Positions 1-7,266 of a stretch of DNA of 15,529 nt are shown in pieces. Origin of the DNA: Armatimonadia bacterium (lineage in GTDB: Bacteria > Armatimonadota > Zipacnadia > Zipacnadales > UBA11051). The DNA is taken from assembly GCA_039683575.1 (NCBI GenBank), contig JBDKRC010000097.1, positions 1 to 15,529 on the forward strand. Direction: 5' to 3'. The notes below the pieces were generated by a model. The model was not told the DNA's origin and did no database searches. It saw only the letters and a program-made list of their open reading frames with translations. Position 1 is the first letter of the stretch, and every line of letters starts with the position of its first letter. The position numbers and the translations under genes were made by a program.

Positions 1-365
1 GCGGATGCAGCGGGTTTGGCGGCGGGAGGATGGGGAGGCGGAGTGGCTGGTGTATGACGCGCAGAAGCTGGTGGCGGAGGCGAGGACTGGTGGGCTGGAA
101 AGGTACTACCTGAGCGAAGGCGGGAGCGTGTACAGCCCGCTCGTGAGCCAACTGGGCTCGCAGCACTGGTTCCTGTTCGATGCGCTGGGAACGACGCTGG
201 GGCTGACGGATGGGAGCGGCGGGCTGAGTGATGCGTTCCTGTATGAGGCGTTCGGGACGAGCCTGGGGAGGACCGGGACGACGGAGACGCCGTATCAGTA
301 TGTGGGTGGGTATGGGTATTTCAGAGAGGCGGCGGTGGGGCTGGAGCAGGTGTGGTGGAGATGGT
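1..365 (+). repeat. Direct repeat copy 1 of Rhs core end (pairs with 2528-2892)
   Basis: Ungapped alignment at offset 2527; 12 amino-acid differences in 120 codons (MQRVW...WWRW); similarity stops right after GGAGATGGT. Confidence 0.97.
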
Positions 366-952
366 CAAACCCCGGCGATGGAAGATGGTTAAGCGAAGAT
401 ATGCTCCGCACTGGAGCGGGCAATTACGGATATGTGGGGAATGCGCCATCAGCCTTCGTTGATCCAAGAGGCTTGGCATCTTGGATCAAGGATGCTTGGT
501 GGGACATCACTCATCCAGCTGACATAATCAGAGAACTCCCACAGGCAGATATTGAGGTCGCGAAGTCCGGCTACTTCAACTGCTTCATGCGCTGCAAAGT
601 CCCGTTTGGCAATACTGGCATTATGAAGAGACTCATCGACTCTCTAACTGAAGCACCGCAAGGGGGATACGCACCCCCGGATCTCTGGGGCGACGTCGCG
701 AGTGTGGTGCCAGACACAAGTGTGGACCTTCTTGAGAGGTACTATCGAAACCGACACAGATATATAAGGGGGCGGTTGTCAAATATGTGGGACCTTCCTA
801 CTCCAACATGGGAGGGGATTGTCCCTGAACTCAAAACAGCAGAAGGTTACGCCCGGAGCATGGGTGATGTCTTAGGGGCTGCCGGTTCTGCAGCTGATAT
901 CGCAGAAACCTATCTCTGCTGGAGCAAATGCAAGTGTCTTCTTCAATATTGA
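2..952 (+). CDS. Rhs repeat-associated core protein, 5'-partial (open at window edge), with unknown C-terminal toxin-like tip (~476-952)
   Basis: The frame is open from position 2. Rhs core-end motifs: FDALGTTLGLTD, YEAFG, TPYQYVG, YGYVGNAPSAFVDPRGL (PxxxxDPxG; DPRG starts at 461). The tip after it is lower in GC (29/60 G+C in 721-780). Confidence 0.92.
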   Translation, partial: RMQRVWRREDGEAEWLVYDAQKLVAEARTGGLERYYLSEGGSVYSPLVSQLGSQHWFLFDALGTTLGLTDGSGGLSDAFLYEAFGTSLGRTGTTETPYQYVGGYGYFREAAVGLEQVWWRWSNPGDGRWLSEDMLRTGAGNYGYVGNAPSAFVDPRGLASWIKDAWWDITHPADIIRELPQADIEVAKSGYFNCFMRCKVPFGNTGIMKRLIDSLTEAPQGGYAPPDLWGDVASVVPDTSVDLLERYYRNRHRYIRGRLSNMWDLPTPTWEGIVPELKTAEGYARSMGDVLGAAGSAADIAETYLCWSKCKCLLQY

Positions 953-974
953 GTGATAAGCATGGTGCTACATT

Positions 975-1745
975 GTGGAGAGTATTGCAGGATTTGTAGA
1001 TCTGTTTCATGTGGCGACACTGATCCCAATTGGCAGATGCCTGCTTATGCTTGGCTACGAATTGCCAAACGCCACACGATTTCGGACGCATGGTCTTGGT
1101 CTGGCCACCGGTAATAAGTCGAACTGGACTTGGAGCATCGACAGCCCGTGCCTACTCATAGTCGCCGCAGTTACGGCTGGTCTCTGGCGATTCGCGCTTC
1201 CTTTTGGAGCGTGGATTACGAATGCCGTTCCAGTGGCTGGCATAGCGGCGACATTGCTGGCGATTTTCGCGGGGGCTCGGCTGTATTCGACTCATAGGTT
1301 GCATCCTTATATAGTTGCGGCGGCTCTCATCTCTGCTCTCCTGGCAGCGGGGCAACAGCCGCTAGCTGCTGGCACTGGAGGCCTGCTGCTTATCATCTTG
1401 CCGGGCTACGAAGAACTGGTCTGGCGCAAGATCGGCGTCGTCGGAATCTGGGGGCGAGGCTCGATGGGGCACGCGCCCGACAAAGAGCAGGAAGTAGTCG
1501 GGTGGTGTGTAGTACTGATCGGATTGTGTGTACTGGTGTTCATTATCCCGCCCTCTATGGCTCTTTCGAGCTTAGCCATCTGGGCTGTTTGGAGTCTCGT
1601 GATCTCGGTCACTGCCACAGTGGAATTGGTTTTCCACACGAACGACTTGCCGCTCGTGCGACTGAATGTCCGCCCTGTGAAAGCTCTCCAACGCTACGTT
1701 GTTCGGCTCAACATAGGTGACACAAACGATCGTTCTGGCGATTAG
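975..1745 (+). CDS. Multi-pass membrane protein, putative immunity/partner of Rhs tip 1 (start uncertain: GTG 975 or ATG 1047)
   Basis: Starts 22 nt after the Rhs stop, has about 6 hydrophobic segments (e.g. VVGWCVVLIGLCVLVFII, LAIWAVWSLVISVTATV) and a lower GC like the tip. The immunity role is inferred from position only. Confidence 0.7.
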   Translation: MESIAGFVDLFHVATLIPIGRCLLMLGYELPNATRFRTHGLGLATGNKSNWTWSIDSPCLLIVAAVTAGLWRFALPFGAWITNAVPVAGIAATLLAIFAGARLYSTHRLHPYIVAAALISALLAAGQQPLAAGTGGLLLIILPGYEELVWRKIGVVGIWGRGSMGHAPDKEQEVVGWCVVLIGLCVLVFIIPPSMALSSLAIWAVWSLVISVTATVELVFHTNDLPLVRLNVRPVKALQRYVVRLNIGDTNDRSGD

Positions 1746-1781
1746 TGACCTTGATGTGATGCTTCGCATAGGGAAGCAGGA

Positions 1782-3329
1782 ATGCCAGCGAATGCTGACC
1801 TTACAACGTCACTGAGCAGATTGGCCAGCGCGCAAGCCGGCGAGGTCCGGGCATATTGTAGGTACGATGAGGCAGGCAACCGAAGCGAGATCGGCTACCT
1901 GGGTGGCGGCGTGGCGTACTTCACGTACTACAACTATGACGAGCGGAACCAGCTTCAGGAGCTGACCGATCCGCACGGGCAGACGGTGTATTACGAGCAC
2001 GATGAGCTGGGGCGGGAGGTTGAGAAGGCGCTGCCGAATGGGGTGACGACGTACCACAAGTACGACGACGCCAGCCAGATCACCGACATCATCCACCTCG
2101 GGCCAAGCGGCGTGCTGCAGAGCCTGTACTACGCGTACGACGCCGCCGGCCGCAGGACCCGAATAGATCGCGAAGACGGCACCAGCATCTACTACGGCTA
2201 CGATGACGCTGACCGGCTGACGGGGGAGGACTGGCTCGATCCGAGCGATGGCCACATCTACGGCTTTGCGTATGAGTACGATGACGCCGGGAACCGGCAA
2301 AAGAAGACATTCAATGGGGAAGTCACGTACTACGACTACAACAACCTGAACCGGTTGACGACGGAGCGGGTGCTGGGCGGGGAGGCGACTTACTACACCT
2401 GGACGGCTGACGGGGAGATGGCGACGAAGCAGGAGGCGGCGGGGGGGACGTACTACACGTGGGATGTGGATGAGAGCCTGACGAAGATCGAGGCGCCGGC
2501 GACGACGCTTGAGAACAAGTACAACGCGCGGATGCAGCGGGTTTGGCGGAGCGAGGATGGGAACGGGGAGTCGCTGGTATACGATGCGCAGAAGCTGGTG
2601 GCGGAGGCGACGACTGTTGGGCTCGAGAGGTACTACCTGAGCGAGGGCGGGAGCGTGTACAGCCCGCTGGTGAGCCAGTTGGGCTCGCAGCACTGGTTCC
2701 AGTTCGATGCGCTGGGGACGACGCTGGGGTTGACAGATGGAAGCGGCGGGCTGAGTGATACGTTCAGGTATGAGGCGTTTGGGACGCGCCTGGGGAGGAC
2801 GGGGACGACGGAGACGCCGTATCAGTATGTGGGTGGGTATGGGTACTTCGAGGAGGCGGGGGTGGGGTTGGAGCAGGTGTGGTGGAGATGGTACGAGAAT
2901 CGTACTGCATCATGGTCGGCCGCAGATCCAGTCGAACTTATGAAGCCATATGTCTACGTGGATTCCTCACCTGCCAGCGCCACCGATCCGATGGGACTTG
3001 AGCGATACAATCCATACTTGGATCCCGCGTTTCTCTGGCAGATAAACAGACCATTCTATAATCCATACGGGTGGCCCATTCCGAAACGACCATCCAGAAC
3101 GAAGCGGAGCCATGTGAACAAGCCCCGCGTCCGCCCGGAGTGCCCTGTCGATCGTGACCAGCGCGCTCTCGATATGGCCAGATCTGGCGAAGTATACATA
3201 CCGGGTTCCCCGAATGATCCATACCACAACTGGGGCACGCCGGGGGTGGAGAAAGGCCTCCAGGACTGTATGGCTCAACCACTACCGCTGTTACCCACTG
3301 TTCGGCATGTACCCTATCCCAAGAGATAG
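1782..3329 (+). CDS. Orphan Rhs/YD-repeat cassette (N-truncated Rhs core) with unknown C-terminal tip (~3000-3329)
   Basis: Many YD repeats (YNYDERNQL, YAYDAAGRRT, YGYDDADRL, YEYDDAGNR), core end YVYVDSSPASATDPMGL (DPMG at 2985). At 515 aa it is far shorter than a full Rhs. Purine-rich GGGAAGCAGGA lies before the ATG. Confidence 0.9.
   Translation: MPANADLTTSLSRLASAQAGEVRAYCRYDEAGNRSEIGYLGGGVAYFTYYNYDERNQLQELTDPHGQTVYYEHDELGREVEKALPNGVTTYHKYDDASQITDIIHLGPSGVLQSLYYAYDAAGRRTRIDREDGTSIYYGYDDADRLTGEDWLDPSDGHIYGFAYEYDDAGNRQKKTFNGEVTYYDYNNLNRLTTERVLGGEATYYTWTADGEMATKQEAAGGTYYTWDVDESLTKIEAPATTLENKYNARMQRVWRSEDGNGESLVYDAQKLVAEATTVGLERYYLSEGGSVYSPLVSQLGSQHWFQFDALGTTLGLTDGSGGLSDTFRYEAFGTRLGRTGTTETPYQYVGGYGYFEEAGVGLEQVWWRWYENRTASWSAADPVELMKPYVYVDSSPASATDPMGLERYNPYLDPAFLWQINRPFYNPYGWPIPKRPSRTKRSHVNKPRVRPECPVDRDQRALDMARSGEVYIPGSPNDPYHNWGTPGVEKGLQDCMAQPLPLLPTVRHVPYPKR
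2528..2892 (+). repeat. Direct repeat copy 2 of Rhs core end (pairs with 1-365)
   Basis: GCGGATGCAGCGGGTTTGGCGG...GTGTGGTGGAGATGGT matches positions 1-365 without gaps. Confidence 0.97.
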
Positions 3330-3383
3330 ATAGCCACGCCGCGGGTGCGCCGCACCCAATCAGAGAGAGTGCGAGGAACTAGT

Positions 3384-5285
3384 ATGGCCTACAGACGAGC
3401 ACGCCTCGTATTGGTGGTGGTTTTGATCCTGACAGCGGGCTCAGTGGCACTGAGCGCATCCACGACGGTGATGGAATGGGGGACGCAGCAGGCAATTGCC
3501 GGGGGCAAGTGGCGCCTCGCCCACGCATGTGCGCTGCGCTGGAATCGTCGAGAGCCAAACAACCTTGTAGTTCAATGGCTGGTGTGGCGGATTTCAGAGC
3601 GCGTTTCAGACACGCAAACGGAGATGAAGCTGCGGGAACGCTTCCAGGAGCGGCCCAAATCGAACTGCCGCCCGGTGCTAGAATGGGCATGGGACCTCGC
3701 TTCGAAGCACCCTGAGAGCGCTTACGCCTGCCAGTTCGCAGCTGACGCAGCGTATCTAGCGGGGGAAGCCAAGTCCGGTTTCGAGGCCGCGAAGAGAGCG
3801 GTTGATCTGGCGCCGGATGATCCATATTCGTACCGGGTGTGCGGGTGGCTCTACTTCTTGATTGGAGACATCAGCCAAGCGGTCAAGGAGATGATGACCG
3901 CCACGCAGATCGCGCCCCAGAGCCCGGTGGCATGGGGAGATCTGGGGAGCCTATATCTCCAGCGCGAGGAGTTGGCCGCCGCTCAAGAAGCCTTGCTGAA
4001 GTCCCTGGCCGCAGACCCGCGCTATGATGTGGCTCGTCTATCTTTGGCCGAGGCCTATATATCGTCCGGAGACTATGCCAAGGCCGCACAGGTAAGCAGT
4101 CAAGCCATCGAGGGGGGCAGGCATGCGGCGATGCCATACTATTGGCGAGCCAAGGCTGAACAGAAGCAGGGCGAGAAAGACCAGGCAATTCGTGACCTGA
4201 CCGCGGCTATTGGCTATCTTCCTGATCTCCCCACACCCTACATGTGGCGCGCCCGGCTCTATCTCGACCTGCGTGACGCAGACCGCGCCCTGGCAGACTT
4301 GGATCGCGCGGCTACACTCGACCCCGAGCGGCGCAAGATTTATCTCTACCGCGGAATGGCGTATCATCTGGCTCACCGAGTCGGCCAGTCGGAGGCCGAC
4401 TGGGGCACGTTCGTGAAGCTGAGCGGATCGGGGGCACCTGGAGCCCATGCTGAGCTTGGCGCAATGTGGGCGAGTTGGCACGAATACGACAAAGCGGCCG
4501 CGGAATATTCAGAGGCGCTCAACTACGCGCCAGACGTCCGGGGTTTCTGGGCGCTGGCCCGTGTGCACGAAGGCCGAGGGGATACGGGGGCAGCAGCAAG
4601 AGCCTGGGCTGATGGGTTGGCCCTGGCAGGTGCCGCGGGCAGAACACACATGCAACGGGGCATAGACAGATATGAGCAGGGAAGATTTGGAGACGCCATG
4701 ACGGACTTCACGTCTGCAGTCAGGTTAGAAGCCACTACCGATGCTCACTACTGGCGAGCGATGGCGCTCACACAGCTTGGCCGCAGCAAGGAGGCTGAGG
4801 CGGACTGGCCAGCAGGTAGGGCGCTGGATCACCGAAGCATGGCAGATGCCACGTTCGCTCGCGGCATCGCCAAATACCGGTGCGGCGACTATACCGGTGC
4901 GGTCGCTGACCTGTCTCAAGTGATTGGGGTGTGGCCTGCGGCCAAGCCGTACTCCTACCGCTGCCTTGCCTATCAGGGGCTGCGCCAGTATGAGGCCATG
5001 CTATCCGACAGCCAGCATCTCGTGGAACAGGCGAACGACGCCGACGCCCACCTCACCCGCGCAACGGCGCACTACCTCTTGGGCAGCAAGAAACAGGCGT
5101 TGGCGGACACGGCTTTGGCAGTTGAGCGCGGGTCCCAAGACGCTGACATACTCTACAGAGGCTTCGTTATATACCGCGACTTGGGGCACCCACGCGAAGG
5201 CAAGACAGTAGGTGCATCTTTTCTCCGGATCGCTCTCAGTGACGATCCGAGGGTGCATGAAGTGCAGGAGGCCCTGCGCCGGTGA
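3384..5285 (+). CDS. Tetratricopeptide-repeat protein with N-terminal signal peptide/anchor (633 aa); positional candidate partner of Rhs tip 2
   Basis: ATG 3384 is preceded by GAGGA and is preferred over GTG 3345. N-terminus MAYRRARLVLVVVLILTAGSVALSA. Tandem TPR-like units such as AKRAVDLAPDDPYSY, ATQIAPQSPVAWGDLG, DRAATLDPERRKIYLYRG. Confidence 0.9.
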   Translation: MAYRRARLVLVVVLILTAGSVALSASTTVMEWGTQQAIAGGKWRLAHACALRWNRREPNNLVVQWLVWRISERVSDTQTEMKLRERFQERPKSNCRPVLEWAWDLASKHPESAYACQFAADAAYLAGEAKSGFEAAKRAVDLAPDDPYSYRVCGWLYFLIGDISQAVKEMMTATQIAPQSPVAWGDLGSLYLQREELAAAQEALLKSLAADPRYDVARLSLAEAYISSGDYAKAAQVSSQAIEGGRHAAMPYYWRAKAEQKQGEKDQAIRDLTAAIGYLPDLPTPYMWRARLYLDLRDADRALADLDRAATLDPERRKIYLYRGMAYHLAHRVGQSEADWGTFVKLSGSGAPGAHAELGAMWASWHEYDKAAAEYSEALNYAPDVRGFWALARVHEGRGDTGAAARAWADGLALAGAAGRTHMQRGIDRYEQGRFGDAMTDFTSAVRLEATTDAHYWRAMALTQLGRSKEAEADWPAGRALDHRSMADATFARGIAKYRCGDYTGAVADLSQVIGVWPAAKPYSYRCLAYQGLRQYEAMLSDSQHLVEQANDADAHLTRATAHYLLGSKKQALADTALAVERGSQDADILYRGFVIYRDLGHPREGKTVGASFLRIALSDDPRVHEVQEALRR

Positions 5286-5313
5286 GACAGCGAGAGGAAT
5301 CGTGAGAATTTGC

Positions 5314-5528
5314 CAGCAAATGTGGGGAGACCATCTGATTTGTGGCGGCGCTTGCGTATTGGAGGCTGGGGGCGTAGGGGGCGGTCGAGACGGCGCTCCA
5401 GGTCCGCTACGAAGCCTTCCGGCGTTGTGGTGTGAAGACGAATGTACGGGTAGAATCTCCGCGCTGGGTGATGTGGTGCAGGACGGGAGACTCAGATAGA
5501 AATGCGTATGGTGTCCCCACATTTGTTG
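5314..5528. mobile_element. Small non-coding element bounded by 21-bp imperfect inverted repeats (MITE/REP-like)
   Basis: CAGCAAATGTGGGGAGACCAT (5314-5334) and ATGGTGTCCCCACATTTGTTG (5508-5528) are reverse complements at 19/21 positions. No convincing internal ORF or target-site duplication was seen. Confidence 0.6.
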
Positions 5529-5559
5529 ACCACTACACGATTGGACCAGTGAGGCCAAA

Positions 5560-6093
5560 GTGGAATATGGACGTGCTGATTTCGTGCCGACGCTTGAGCT
5601 ATTTGCTCATCTCGGCGGCAGAGTGATTGTGGAAATCGGCAGCATCCGGGGGGAGGGGCGGCAGCATCTGATGGGCGACGGACACAGCACCATCGCTTGG
5701 GCAGAACATGCTGAAGATGTCTTCTCTATCGACATCGACCCTCGGGCCACGGAGCTTACTCGTCGCCTGACACAGCAGTATGGCAATGTCACCGCCGTCA
5801 CGCAGGATGGGGTCGAGTTCCTGCAGGCGTTTGACCAGCCGATTGACCTGTTGTACCTGGATGGTTGGGATACTTGGTTGCCGGAGTGCGCTGAGCGCCA
5901 TTTGGAGGCGTATCTGGTTGCCCGCAGAAGCCTGCACGAACGCAGCCTGATCCTGATTGATGATACCGAGGATGAAGCGAAGTCCAAGGGCCGGCTGCTG
6001 ATACCGCAGGCGCAACAGGACGGCTGGCACATTGTGTTCCAACGCTATCAGACTCTGCTGGCGAGGTCAGCTGTCACTGAGGGTGAGGCCTGA
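5560..6093 (+). CDS. Class I SAM-dependent methyltransferase (Methyltransf_24-like)
   Basis: Motif I IVEIGS, acidic VFSIDID, PIDLLYLDGWD, LILIDD; GAGG at 5551 before the GTG start; in-frame stop at 5527 limits any upstream extension. Confidence 0.85.
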   Translation: MEYGRADFVPTLELFAHLGGRVIVEIGSIRGEGRQHLMGDGHSTIAWAEHAEDVFSIDIDPRATELTRRLTQQYGNVTAVTQDGVEFLQAFDQPIDLLYLDGWDTWLPECAERHLEAYLVARRSLHERSLILIDDTEDEAKSKGRLLIPQAQQDGWHIVFQRYQTLLARSAVTEGEA

Positions 6094-6095
6094 GC

Positions 6096-7253
6096 ATGCG
6101 CGTCGCCATCAAGGCAACCTCCCTCGGCGGAGATGGGATTGGGTACTACACGAGAACGCTGGTGGAGGGCCTGGGGGCGCTGCAGTCTGACTTGGAGTTT
6201 GTGTTGCTGACGGATTGTGCGGAGCTGGTTGCGGCTTCCGAAGCCTGGCCCCACTTTGAGGCGGTCCGTGTTGAGAGCCCATCGCCGTGGTGGGAACAGT
6301 TCCGTCTGCCAGACTGGCTCGACGACAATCGGATTGACCTGTACCACAATCCGGCATTCAGTCTCCCCTTCGTGAAGCCCTGCCGGTACCTGGCGACAGT
6401 ACATGATTGCATCCCCGTGCTGTTTCCAGAAATGGTAGGCCCCGCTTTCACCCAGTACTTCAGCACCTGGGCCCCTCATTGGTTCAAGATCGCCGACCAC
6501 CTGCTGTGCAATTCCCACCATACGGCCCATGACCTGATTCACCTGTACGGTGTGTCACCCGACGATACCTCCGTTGTATACCACACGGGCAATGCCTGTA
6601 TGCAGGCGGTGCGCGAGCCAGAGGCGATTGCGCGGGTGACGGCCAAGTTCGGCATTGACCGGCCATTCATCCTGATGGTCGGCCGCGTGGAACTGCGCAA
6701 GAACGTGAAGGGGATGCTGCAGGCGTTCTCGCTTCTGTCGCAGATGGACTTGGAGCCACACCTGCTGGTGTTTGCCGGCTCAAGGGTGCCAGATGCCCAT
6801 GATCCTGAGGGGCTTCTGCCTCATATCGGCCGACAGGGCGACATCATCGTAACCGGCCACACTTCAGAAGCGGAGATGGCCGCGCTTTACTCCTCAGCCG
6901 CAGTCTACTGCTTCCCCACCTTTTATGAAGGCTTCGGTCGTCCTTTGCTTGAGGCGATGCAGTGCGGTGCACCAACTGTGGCCTCGCGGACTTCATCACT
7001 GCCGGAGGTGGGTGGGGATGCCTGCCTTTACGTTAGTCCCTACCATCCGCAGGAGATAGCTGGAGCTCTATACCGCGTGATCACGGACGAGGCCTTGTGT
7101 GCTGAGCTGGTCGCCAAAGGCGGCGAGAGAGCCGCCCAGTTCAGTACCGAGCGGATGGCGTGGGAGACACTGGGCGTGTATGAACGTGTCTTGCGCGGAG
7201 CTGCCGACCGAACAGGATCAGCTCTCGCAGCAGCAGCACCACCATCGAGTTAG
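6096..7253 (+). CDS. Glycosyltransferase family 4 (GT-B, MtfB-like)
   Basis: GIGYYTRTLV N-terminus, ATVHDCIP, VGRVELRKN, FPTFYEGFGRPLLEAMQCGAP (EX7E), SSLPEVGGDA; starts 2 nt after the methyltransferase stop. Confidence 0.95.
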   Translation: MRVAIKATSLGGDGIGYYTRTLVEGLGALQSDLEFVLLTDCAELVAASEAWPHFEAVRVESPSPWWEQFRLPDWLDDNRIDLYHNPAFSLPFVKPCRYLATVHDCIPVLFPEMVGPAFTQYFSTWAPHWFKIADHLLCNSHHTAHDLIHLYGVSPDDTSVVYHTGNACMQAVREPEAIARVTAKFGIDRPFILMVGRVELRKNVKGMLQAFSLLSQMDLEPHLLVFAGSRVPDAHDPEGLLPHIGRQGDIIVTGHTSEAEMAALYSSAAVYCFPTFYEGFGRPLLEAMQCGAPTVASRTSSLPEVGGDACLYVSPYHPQEIAGALYRVITDEALCAELVAKGGERAAQFSTERMAWETLGVYERVLRGAADRTGSALAAAAPPSS

Positions 7254-7266
7254 GGAGGGAGTACTG

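Noticed and set aside
1809-2693. 294-aa antisense ORF
   Set aside because: Shadow of the Rhs gene, typical of GC-rich codon bias, with no motifs.
1-2892. Diversity-generating retroelement TR/VR pair explaining the direct repeat
   Set aside because: Both copies are coding, the differences are not adenine-specific, and no reverse transcriptase is present.
3241-3382. Possible frameshift near the end of Rhs tip 2 (alternative frames, one ending just before ATG 3384)
   Set aside because: No slippery site or motif favours another frame; it cannot be decided without homologues.
3327-3386. Rhs ORF and TPR ORF are in the same frame, separated by a single TAG (possible readthrough fusion)
   Set aside because: The TPR gene has its own SD, ATG and signal peptide; sharing a frame is a 1-in-3 chance.
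7099-7266. N-terminal extension with QQQHHH run
   Set aside because: Alternative-frame reading of the GT4 3' end; the strong SD supports ATG 7267.
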